Shown: one piece after another, positions 53,032 to 64,000 of the stretch
Layout of the letters: the number at the start of each line of letters is the position of its first letter
Numbering within the stretch: position 1 is the first letter of the stretch
DNA from: Octopus vulgaris
Taxonomy: Eukaryota
Assembly (NCBI GenBank): GCA_951406725.2
Contig: OX597818.1
Location: 76,632,001-76,696,000, forward strand
Length of the DNA: 64,000 nucleotides
Direction of reading: 5' to 3'
Made by a program: the position numbers and the translations under genes
Notes under the pieces: generated by a model
Database searches by the model: none
What the model was told of the DNA's origin: nothing
The model's input: only the letters and a program-made list of their open reading frames with translations

Positions 53032-53533
53032 GTAACTTGATCTTTAATCCTTGTCTGTCTGCAATAGACACGACTTCTTTAAATGCACTTAGAGTCTAGG
53101 TTATGAATAAAGTGATGAATTAAGTATATTATCAAGGAGCAGAAAATATCCCTCAGTTGAGCTTCCTTACAGTTTCTATTTGCTGAATTTTACTTTGAAT
53201 GACCTATCACCACAAAAGAACAGCATTTGGCCATGTGGTACTATGCAGTATAATTGAACCTGTAACTACATGATTACAGAGCAATCTCTTTCACTACACA
53301 ACCATTGACTGTCACAGAGTTGTTATTTACTTGACTTAATGTAATCTATAAAGACAGTTTAACCTTGTTTTGTTGCATAGAATATCACTTGAACAAGTGA
53401 AGGAATAAAATAAATGAAATATTTTGATGTATTTTACTTTTAATTGGAAAATACTGAATAAACTCTGTGTGTGTCTGTAGTGCTTTGCTGAAATTATATC
53501 TTAATAGATTTGCACAACTGTTCTCTCATACTA

Positions 53534-53567
<34 letters not shown>

Positions 53568-54310
53568 CCTCCCCCCTCTCTCTCTATGTTATATCATCAT
53601 CATCCTTCTAATAATTATTCTTTATTGCTACACCTCTTTTCTGGCAATTGTCAAGAAATTGTGATTAGATGTGTTCAGCTAAAATGTACTAGAATTTTGT
53701 CTGTTGCCAAACTGATGAAGCTGTGAGAGACTGTCTTTTCACACTGGACTGTGTCAAAAGAGATTATTACTAAATGGTGTAAATGTTGACTTAAATATTT
53801 ACGGAAAAGTAAAAAAAATCTGTGACAATCCTACATCTCACTTGTGATACTTCTTTGAAGAAATCAACAAAAACAATTGAAAACAAGACACTCTTGTAAT
53901 CTCAAAAACACACATACACACACAACGCATATTTAATAATAATAGATGTATAATAATACACACACACACACATATATGTATGTATTTACATATATACACA
54001 CTCATACTTACATATATGCATACATACATATCTCGGATTTTGTTTCTATTAAATGGTGCAATCTTAGTGTTCCCACTTGCAAACAGCACTTGATAAGCTT
54101 AATTCCCAGACTACCTACTGCATTCTGAACACTTGAGATGTAAGTGCACTGTCATTAGGCTCACAAAACCACGACACCACTTACAAACAAACCTAACATT
54201 TACATTGCTTACTACACACTTCTCACTTTTGTTTCCTACCCACTTTTTCTCTTTCATGTATTTAAGTAATGCTTCTTTCTTCTAATGCACTCACGTGATA
54301 TTATTGCTAG

Positions 54311-54324
54311 ATATCTTTGGAGAA
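54311..54324 (+). other. Candidate 14-nt microexon
   Basis: Long pyrimidine-rich upstream tract, ttattgctag | atatctttggagaa | gtaaga. Confidence 0.3.
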
Positions 54325-54342
54325 GTAAGAATTTTTTTTTTT

Positions 54343-54422
54343 TACTAACTTAACTGCTTTTTATCATTTGTCTTGCTCCCTAATCTTGTTCTGTCTCCTT
54401 GCCCCCAATCTTTTACATTCAG
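54343..54422 (+). promoter_or_regulatory. Branch point TACTAAC plus AG-free polypyrimidine tract and CAG acceptor
   Basis: tactaac at 54343-54349; no AG until 54421-54422. Confidence 0.5.
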
Positions 54423-54576
54423 CCAGTTCTGGGCATTGTTTCTCAGATGAACATCAATGAAAACTTTATCGTAAAGAATCCGTCCTTGTCATAAACATTT
54501 GTTCTCTATTTACTGTTATCTTTCCTCTTCTGATTCACTATTTTAGTTTCATGCCCTTTGGAGGATATTTAGAATG

Positions 54577-55430
54577 TAGGTGCAGACATGGTTGTGTGGT
54601 AGGAAGCTTGTGTGGCTGTGTGGCAGCCAGCTGGCAGAAACGTTAGCATGTCAGGTGAAATGCTTAGCAGTATTTCATCTGTCTTTATGTTCTGAGTTCA
54701 AATTCCGCCGAGGTCGACTTTGCCTTTTATCCTTTTGGGGCCGATAAATTAAGTACCAGTTATGCACTGGGGTTGATGTAATCGACTTAATCCCTTGTTT
54801 GTCCCTCTGTGTTTAGCCCCTTGTGGGCAATAAAGAAATAAGAAGCTTGCTTCCCAGCCACATGGTTCTGAGTTCAGTCCTACTGCATGTGATTTTAGTC
54901 CTACTACAAGTGTCTTCTACTTTAGCCTCAGACCAACCAAAGCCTTATCAGTGGATTTGGTAGACAGAAACTGAAAGAAGGCCATTGTATGTATATATAT
55001 ATATTTGTGTGTGTGTGTCTTTGTGTATGTGTTTCCCCCACCACCACTGCTTGACAACCGGTGTTGTTGTGTTTACATCCCTGTAACATAGTGGTTGATT
55101 CATTTGATTAAAATTTCTTCAAGGTGGTACCCCAGCATGGCCACAATCTAATGACTGAAACAAGTAAAAAATATACATGTGTGAATATTTGCGTGTGTGC
55201 ATGTGTGTGTACACACATATGTATATCCCCATCACCACTGCTTGACAACTGGTACTGATGTATTTACATCCCCATAACCTAGTGGTTTGGCAAAAGAGGT
55301 CAATTGAATAAGTACCAGGCTTTAAAAAAATAGGTACTGAAGTCAATACATTTGATTAAAAAAAATTCTTCAAGCTAGGGGCCCCAGCATGGCCGCAGTC
55401 TAATGACTGAAACAAGTAAAAGATAAAAGA
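54577..55430 (+). mobile_element. SINE A with nested SINE B (~54621-54840) and duplicated 3' half
   Basis: A head interrupted after ggctgtgt by a full B copy, then resumes agaagcttgcttccc; second A tail at ~55205-55430. Confidence 0.8.
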
Positions 55431-55824
55431 TATCCCTCACAGTTCTCTGCCCTTATGTAGGTTTTTTTGTTTTTTCTTTTAACCTCTGTTCTTCATCATC
55501 TTGGCTGGAAGTATCTTATAAGTTAACTTAGTCATACACTATCAGATGAAGAGAATGAATCAATTGTTTTAATATTCACTTTACCCTGCTTGCATGGGTA
55601 GAATGGAGTTTATTGAGGCAGATACTCTACAGTTGGATGCTCATCCTGTTACCAACCCTTACTTGTTTCCAAGTAAGGTAATATATCCCCATGAAAAGAT
55701 GTTTTGAAGAATACTGGAAATGAATGACACTGCTTATATGACGGTGACTCTCATTTACAATTACCACATGATGTCAAAACAAGGTGATGCAAACATAAAT
55801 AGACTCACACACACACATGTATAT

Positions 55825-55952
55825 ATAGTTGAAATTTGCAGAAAAACAAAAGACAAAGACAGGTGTATAAACAGCAAGAAGGTGTATTAGTTTGACACTC
55901 AGGAAGGTGAGAAAGTCTTTCATGTTTCGAGCCTCATCTCTTCAACAGTGAA
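55825..55952 (-). mobile_element. Penelope-like pLTR fragment with A6U hammerhead-like motif
   Basis: Minus strand: CTGTTGA a gag atgag gctc GAAA c atg aaag, homologous to 5820-5965. Confidence 0.55.
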
Positions 55953-57592
55953 TTTGACATGTGAATGTGTGCATCTGCAATGTGTAGGTGTGTGGATGAT
56001 AGGTTGAGTATTCAGTGCTAGTGTGTGTGGGTTGGTGTGATGTGATGTGGTGTGGCAGTGTTGGGGTACATACACATATGTACGTATATACATATACATA
56101 CATACCTAGGTAGGCAAGGTAAGCAGAGCCTACCTTTAATGAAATAGTTCGATAGCAGCATTTTCCTTTAATGGCAAAATATGCACCTAATTCAATAAAA
56201 TTATGAAAGTTACTCTGATTACTATGCATAAAATGCAAAATATTTTATTTTTTGTAGATTAGGTAAGCATAATTCACCCTTGCTTTTCAATCTCAGTATT
56301 TAAGCTATGCATAGTACTGCTGTAGTACATGTGCTATGTACACTCTTAGAACAGTTTTCTTTATGTGATATAAAGGCAGAAATAAATCTGCCTTCAACTC
56401 AGTCTCACACCTGTGTTTTGCTTAGTTTTTGTGTGTAGGCACCAACTGCTTACTCTGAGTAATTACTGATGGCTCATGCCTGATACAGTCATACATACAC
56501 ACACACATATGTATGTATATACACACACACACACTTACGCACAACAGGCGTCTTTCAGTTTTCAACTACTAAATCATTCACAAGGCTTTGGTCACTCTGG
56601 GTCTGTAATAGAAGGCACTTGCCCAAGGTACCATGCAGTGAAACTGAACCTGGAACCATGTGGTGGGAAGTAGACTTTTTAGCCACATAGCCATGCCTGC
56701 ATCTCTTTCATAAAATTGATATGATTTTTACTTTAATAATTGAGTTGTTTATGGTTGCAATATAACTTGCTCGAAAAATATGTGGAATTAACCAAATTAC
56801 CAGAATAATCCTACTCATGATATTGTAGTAATCTGTAAAAAGTATTTCTTTTTAATATTTAAGTATTTCTTTTTATTAAGACTCAAGAATAAACTGTAAA
56901 TTATGACAGTCATTTAAGCTACAGGAAACCAATTCATCTTGACACCATTTAAAAATTATCAGCTTCTCCTTAAAATCATACTGGTTTCAACAGAGCTTAA
57001 ATATCGCTTTAATTCTTGCCAACAATGAACAAACACTTTTGGTATTGTTGTTATACATAAAGCAAAACATTAATTTTAGTAAAAATAAATACATTTTTTT
57101 TGTTTTGTACAGATGACATCATAATGTTAATGGTAACAATATGGTTTGGTAGACTTTCTAAGGAATTATTACTTTGTCCTAATTTAACAAGTGTTGCAAC
57201 CATTCTACTGCTATTCTGACAAGGAGTTCTGGTTAATTAATATGATAATCAGATGTCAACTGTAATATAATTGTAAAGACTGTTATTGGAATGTTGATTT
57301 TTCAACATTTCATCACTTTACAATTTCCACATGTTTTATAATTTAAATTAAAATGTTTAGCAGTAAACAAAATGCTTTTTTGAGGCAATTCTCCTAGGAA
57401 AAATAAGACTTCAGAATTTTAATAATAATAATGTTGTGCCAATTTTAGTAAAAGTAGCTTAAGTACAATCAGCCATGATGCAAATACAATACAATATTGT
57501 GCTGTGTGTATATAATTGGTTAGATTGTTACTTTTAAGGGTTTCAATCTGTATGTTGGCTGACTGAATATTAATTTATACTAAATAATAGAT

Positions 57593-58040
57593 TCAGGCTT
57601 GGGTATGTGACTATGAAGCTTGCTTTGAAACCATCTGGTTCAGTCCTACTGCACAGCACCTTCAGTAAATGCCTTCTACTATAGTGTTGAACTGGCTAAA
57701 GCTTTGTGATTGGAATTAGGTTTATGGAAACTGAAAGGAGACTGTCATGTGTATTTGTGTATGTGTATACGTGTGTATGCATTTGTGTGTATGTATATGT
57801 GTGTTTGTGTGTACCCATATTTTGATGTCCGGTGGTAGTTGTAAACAAGTGTCACCATCATACTAGTGGTGTTGTTCATTTCTAATCTCCTGTGGAAAAT
57901 GTCTGACCATGCCACGGTGAAATAAGACCTTGCTTAGAAACCAATAAGGGTTTGTGCCTGGAAGGGCATCTGGTCATAGAAAATCTGCTGTGATGAATTC
58001 TGTCTAATCTGTGCAAGCATTAAATGATGATGATGGTGGC
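57593..58040 (+). mobile_element. SINE A head joined to an RTE-type tail
   Basis: A head, (TG)n hinge, then ...ttgcttagaaac...gaagggcatctggtcatagaaaatctg...gcaagcat...(GAT)n. Confidence 0.65.
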
Positions 58041-59061
58041 AATGGTGAAAATGATGATGATTAATTCAGGTTCATGTTTGTAGTAAACTTTTTTTTTTTT
58101 TTTGCGAGACCTGTCTTGTAAATATTGATTGAAATTTGTTACAAAACATGCAAATGTATGTTATTAATATTTTTTGTAATATTTTAGTCCTTGATGTTCC
58201 TTGACATTATTTCATACGTAAAAACCAATATTTTTACTGATATCTCAAAGGGATTTATTGCTATATTTTTTAATGTCTAGTTGTTGTCAGGTATTGTTAC
58301 TACTGGATACCACTATCATCTTTAAACACTATGTCTCCTAACAATGTTATGCTTCAATTTCAAATTAAGTTTTAAACTTTTTTTACACTTTAAATATTTC
58401 ATCTTTCTGAACATTTCTATGATATTAGATTTTAATACTTTTATATGATGACATATAAGCCACAGGCATGGCTGTGCGGTTAACAAGTTCACTTCTCAAC
58501 CACAAGGTTTCAGGTTCCTTTCCACTTTGTTGCAACTTAAGCACATGTCTTTTGTGAATTAAACTATCACGCATGTGTGTATGTGTGTGTGTGCATGCGT
58601 GTGTGTGTGTGTGTGCGTGCGTGCGTGTGTGCATAAACTGGCACTCCATTGGTTATGATGATGAGTGTTCAAGTTGATTCAGTCAATGAAAGAGTCTGCT
58701 CATGAAATTAATGTGTAAGTGGGTGAGCACTCTACAGACACTCGTACCATTAGTTTAGTTCTCAGGGAGATTCAGCATGACACAGAAAGTGATAAGGCTG
58801 GTCCTTTTGAAGTACAGGTACAACATAATTTTTGTCAGTTGAGTGGACTGGAGCTATGTAAAATAAAATATCTTGCTCAAGAAGTCAGTGTGCCACCAGG
58901 AATCAAACTCATGATTATATGATCATGAGCCAAATACTCTAGCCACTAAGCCACAATACCTCCACACACACATACACACATATATATGTGTGAATGTATA
59001 GAGGGTTCAGTAGTCAGTCTAACGAACTATTACTTTGTCCTAATTTAACAAATATTGCAAT

Positions 59062-59757
59062 CAAGCGCAGGTGTGGCTGTGTGGTAAGAAGCTGTAGGCA
59101 CAACTGTGGCTGTGTAGTAAGAAACTATAGGCACAGGCGTGGCTGTGTGCTAAGAAGCTATAGGCACAGGCATGGCTGTGATTAAAAGCTGTAGGCATAG
59201 GTGTGGGTGTGTACTAAGAAGCTATAGGCATAGGTGTTGCTGTGTGCTAAGAAGCTATAGGCACAGGCGGGGCTGTATGCTAAGAAGCTATAGGCACAGG
59301 CATGGCTGTGTGATAAGAACCTATAGGCGCAGGCATGGCTGTGTGATTAGAAGCGATAGGCACAGACGTGGCTGTGTGGTAGGAAGCTTACTTCCCAACC
59401 ATGGTTCTGGGTTCAATCCCACTGTGTAACACCTTGGTCAAGTGTCTTTTACTATAGCCTTGGGCTGACCAAAGCCTTGTGAGTGGATTTGGTAGACAGA
59501 AACTGAAAGAAGCCCATCGTGTGTGTATATATATATATATATATCAATGTGTGTTTGTCCCCCATTACCAATTAACAACTGGTATTGGTGTGTTTATGCC
59601 CTCATAATTTAGCAGTTCAGCAAAAGTAACCGATAGAATTAGTACCAGGCTTAAAAAAGAAAAAGTACTGGGGTCAATTCATTCAACTAAAAATTCTTCA
59701 AGGCAGTCCCCCATCATAGCTGCAGTCTAATGACTGGGAAAAAAAAAAGGTAAAAGA
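59062..59757 (+). mobile_element. SINE A with ~10 tandem copies of its 33-bp 5' head
   Basis: Unit taggcacaggcgtggctgtgtgctaagaagcta repeated over 59062-59389; the last unit continues into a complete SINE body. Confidence 0.9.
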
Positions 59758-59792
59758 TACATATGAGTTTTTTCCTAAATTTAGCAAGAATG

Positions 59793-59837
<45 letters not shown>

Positions 59838-60389
59838 AGTGAAGTGTCCTTCATCTCCAATTTTCCATGAAAATATGTCCAGCTATGGAAAAATATTACC
59901 TTGCTTGAAAACACTTGTGGTTGGAAAGAGGAAGGACATCTGGTCACAGAAAACTTGCCTCAACAAATTTTGTCCAAGCCATGCAAGCATAAAAATATGA
60001 TGAAATTGCTGATGACATCAGCGATAATGCTGATATTAGAGGGATTCACAATTCAGTCATTGAGTTTTTAACTTTTATAACTAATTACTAATATGATCAG
60101 ATCACCTTACAAGATCCAGCTCGAAGATATAAATGCACAATCAAGAGTCACAATAGACACAAAAGATCTGCACCATACCAATTTCACAACTTTGATTGCT
60201 CAGCAAGTAGCATTTGTCACAAATTATGAAATAAAGAAACTAAAGCTCTTGCTATATATCCCCTTATATTGCAATATGTTTTTAATTTAGACTGGAAGAT
60301 TAGATCATCTGCTCAACGGTTACTCACCATGGAATATAAGCTTTGATTGGAATCATTAAACTGTGTGTAGTGAAGTATAGATGTAATAA

Positions 60390-61032
60390 CCCTTTCGTTA
60401 CCAAACTGCCCAAAGCCGCCCGAAAAAAATTTTGGTTAATGTGACCAAACCGCCCAAACATGCCCGTATTTACCTATTCATATTTAAATGAGAATATCAG
60501 AGCAAATCTATTTAGTACATTCGTGAAAACACGTATTATACTTCGTAAACAGTTCAACTACAGTTTTGTACAACAATCGAAATGTAATTTTAATTCCGTG
60601 AATTTTAGGAGATTTTTTTCCGAAATTTGTTCCTATTGTGTTTTCAAAATTTGTAATTCTGACAAAAAATGGATACGAATTTCATTATATCAAGCAGCGA
60701 GTCAGAATTCGAAGGATTTTCTAATGAAGACCTTCATAAATCTAACTCTATGACTGAAAAAAAAAAAGCACGTGGTATTTGATAATGAATCTGATGTTTC
60801 ATTTTCCGAAAGTGAGAACAGTGAATCCGAGAGCTCCGACAGCGATAAAGAAAATGAATTGGCACCTGAATGAAGTGAAAATTTAAAAACTGTTTCTTTC
60901 GGTGATTTTTCTGAAGAAACTGGACCAAGCCACAGACTTTCCCAGGAGAGTAAAGCCTTAGACTATTTCTTTTTACTTTTTCAAATGAGCCTATTTGAAA
61001 TCATTTTGGTCAGAAATATAGTAACGAAAGGG
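60390..61032 (+). mobile_element. Internally deleted piggyBac transposon (643 bp) with transposase N-terminal remnant
   Basis: Perfect 12-bp TIR ccctttcgttac / gtaacgaaaggg; flanks ATAA / TTAA; from ATG 60669, disrupted acidic N-terminus MDTNFIISSSESEFEGFSNEDL...SESENSESESSDSDKENE...FSEETGPSHRL...ALDYFFLLF as in PGBD4-like transposases. Confidence 0.85.
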
Positions 61033-61899
61033 TTAAACCATTAGGCTGGCAGCACAAACATTTGACAACTCAGTTTTTATGTAGTCCCCCCCGAAATAGA
61101 AGAGGTTGGTGTGACTGACTATTCAGCTTCACATTTCTTGTAGTGGAGAGGGAATTAGGAGGTGTTGATGTTCCAGGAAGGTCTGATTGGGCAAACTGAG
61201 AGAAATCTGGATGGAGGATGAAATGTAACAAGGATGAGAAGAGAGAGAGAGAATTACATCAGTGTATAGGGAGGAAGGTGGAGTGTGTAGTTTAGAGGAG
61301 TAAGGGTTGTAGTAGTAACAGTTGTTTAGTACAAAGTCATTCCTGATGAAACAGACCCGTAATCAGAGATATTCCAACTATGACCATCCCATCAGTGGTA
61401 TGTGGAACTATGTTGTCTTATATTCCTTGTTTAAGATGTTAGGGTTTACTGTAGAATAAATGGGGACGGATGCTAATGAAGAAATACTAGCCATTGTTGG
61501 TTAATATTTGCTCTCTGCAATGATCTAGAGAAATGGTGGACTGACTGAAAACATTGACAAACTATTAAAAAGTAAACACACCATTTTGAGTGTTTAAGAA
61601 AATAGATTCAACAGAAAAGATCAAAACAGCTGGGGTGATCCAATTGTAAAATAAACAGGATTGTGTGGAAATAACTACTTCAGTACACTTGTTTCTGACA
61701 TGAAGTGATGATGTCAGGGACAGACATCATCATCATAGTCATCATCGTCATGTGGGGAACACAGCACAGACTGTTTGCTAAACTTCTAAGTATTTCAGAC
61801 TGAACACAGCAATGTTTTGATGACTTTCATAAATAGACACATGTTATGTAGGATGTTTGTTAATATCGACAATGTCTGTCCATATGTAAAGACTTGAGT

Positions 61900-62460
61900 T
61901 GTAGTATCAAAAGTGGGTCATCCTCCTTTAAATGTTTCTGTCCTGGGCTACTGTGAGCTAGCAGTGGATATCAATCTTTTATTTCCTTGAGTTGTGTTTA
62001 ATCACATCCTTGTATCTCAGTCCACTCTACTCTGACTACTCGTATTGCTGGCCAGCTGTAAATAGAACATTTGTCTTGGTACTTGAATTCTTCCATTCTT
62101 TGCACATTCTCAAACCAGCAGATGTTTCACTGTATCTATATCTCTTTATGTTGCCCAAACTCTTTCTTTCCAGTTGTTGTGTACAATCTCTCTCAGATGT
62201 CTCATCATGAACGCATAAACTTTTTACCTATTTACAGACTGACGTTCATGCATCCAAATTCATACACCAAGGTGGATAATGTTATTGATCACTACACTTC
62301 ATACTTCACTGGGTCTGTAGCATGCTTACTGCTTCAAGCTTCCTCTCTCAATCCTCCAAATGCCAAGGTAGCCTTCCCTATCTGGTGATCTAGTTTATCT
62401 GGTCTGTATAACTACTACTGATTTTACTACCCAGATAGGTAAAGGGGTTAACTCTTCTCA
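61900..62460 (-). mobile_element. Old RTE-BovB-like LINE fragment
   Basis: Minus strand RRVNPFTYLGSKIS...IGKATLAFGGLRE and LRYKDVIKHN...IDIHC*LTVAQDRNI*RRM. Confidence 0.65.
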
Positions 62461-64000
62461 AGTTATATATATCATCATCATTATCATCATAATGTCCCCT
62501 TTTAAATGTTTTCATGGGTCAGATGGAGTTATAATTTTTTTTAGCTGGACACCTTCTTGTTGCCAGCCCTTGTTTTCAAGCAAGATAATATTTCCCCCAT
62601 CACTAGGCATGTTTTTACAGAATATTGGAAATAAATGACACTGCATGTATTTCAGTAACAACCTTTATAACTGCCCCACTATATCAGTACAAGGTTATAC
62701 AAACAGACACACACATACACAATGGGCTTCTTTCAGTTTCTCCCTTTCAAATTTACTCACAAAGCTTCGGTTGGCATGGGACTTTAGTAGGCACTTATCC
62801 AAGATACCACTCAGCAGGACTGAACTGGAGACCGTGTGGTTGGGAAATTCTTATCTTAACCACACCACCACACCTATTTAACTGTCTGCCTATCTATCTG
62901 TCTCTCTTACTGTATCAACCAAACTATCGTATATCGTTATACACTACTGGTTAGGCAGACAAGCCAACAAGCCCCCACACAGAATGCCAGTCCAACACAG
63001 GATTACCTATTTACAGCTGAGTGGAGTGGAGCAATGTGAAATTAAGTGTTTTGCTCAAAAACACAACACACCACTAGTCAGAGAATCAAAACCATGGTGT
63101 TGTGATCATAAGTGCAACACCCAAACAACTAGGTCATGCACCTTCACATATTTGTGTGTATGTGTGTAATTATGTGTATATGTAATAAATAAGTAGCTTC
63201 TGACAATAAAACTGTCAATATTTGCATTAATTTTGTTTATTTACCTTTCACTGTTTTTGCTTAAAAAAATAGATAAATGAAATCTCACTGATCATATTTG
63301 GTAGCCATCTCAAGAAATCACTTTGGTAAAACAACTTTTTTCCAATTGTAAATTCGAAAACTAATTCTGCTAAAAAACTATTCTCAGGTTAATAATTGTC
63401 ACTAATAAACTAGACAATAATTCAGAAACTTTAAAGCAGAGTCTAGAATTGAACTAACACAAATGTTGCTGTTTAGTAATAGAGTTTTTCTGCTCTAGAC
63501 CGTGGAATTAAGTAGTCCTAACCTTGCTGAAATTAACTCTTTTCATGCAAATCTGAGATCACTCTTGATTCTATGATACAAACTTCCAATTTTAGAGATC
63601 TGAATTAAAATCTTCCATTAAAATTTTGTGTTAATTTATGTTCCAAACACCAGCTTATAATCACAGTTACTTTATTAAATTCTTCATTATTTTCAAAATC
63701 AATGAAAGCAAAGGCATTGTGTTTCAGCAGAAATATAGTAACAAGAGGGCAAAATCAGTCTTTCCTTGTGCCCTATGTAGGTTGAATTTTTGCTGGCCAC
63801 ACATTGCATCAGTTTGATTAGACTATTTCTGTTAAAATATCTCCCTGCTCAGAACTGGTTAAAGTTAACTTAACTACTATAATATGTTAAATATTTGGAA
63901 TGTTAATAGAATAAATACAAGCTTACAGAAGAAGGTATATATTTGAAAAGAAGCAGTGTAGTAAATAGGTACATTGTTGGTCTAACATCTTAATGCGACA

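Noticed and set aside
53712-53760. Canonical CTGATGA hammerhead core followed by a hairpin
   Set aside because: No GAAA after the hairpin and no stem I or III.
59062-59429. Cys/Arg/His-rich repetitive protein ORFs
   Set aside because: They are translations of the tandem 33-bp SINE head and are broken by a frameshift.

Overview
AT-rich eukaryotic, repeat-dense DNA with no intact protein-coding gene that I can recognise. The repeat families and the density of (TA)n/(CA)n/(TAA)n microsatellites look like an octopus (coleoid cephalopod) genome; this is inference from recognition, not a search. Most ORFs in the track are microsatellite or SINE translations. Supported content: three tRNA-derived SINE families (dozens of copies), decayed RTE-clade LINE fragments, R4/Dong-like restriction-endonuclease (RLE) non-LTR fragments in (TAA)n, a Gypsy integrase-PPT-LTR remnant, piggyBac- and hAT-derived non-autonomous DNA elements, and Penelope-like inverted terminal fragments. 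The most notable signal is three Penelope-type repeat families, each carrying a minimal type I hammerhead-ribozyme-like motif with a different non-canonical core: G3:C8 swap, U3:A8 swap and A6U. Also notable are a perfect 143-bp inverted repeat, a 1.4-kb palindrome, a 10x tandem SINE head, a 23-bp hairpin, and several + strand splice acceptors with candidate microexons, suggesting the window lies inside a large intron-rich host gene. Boundaries of degenerate repeats are approximate.
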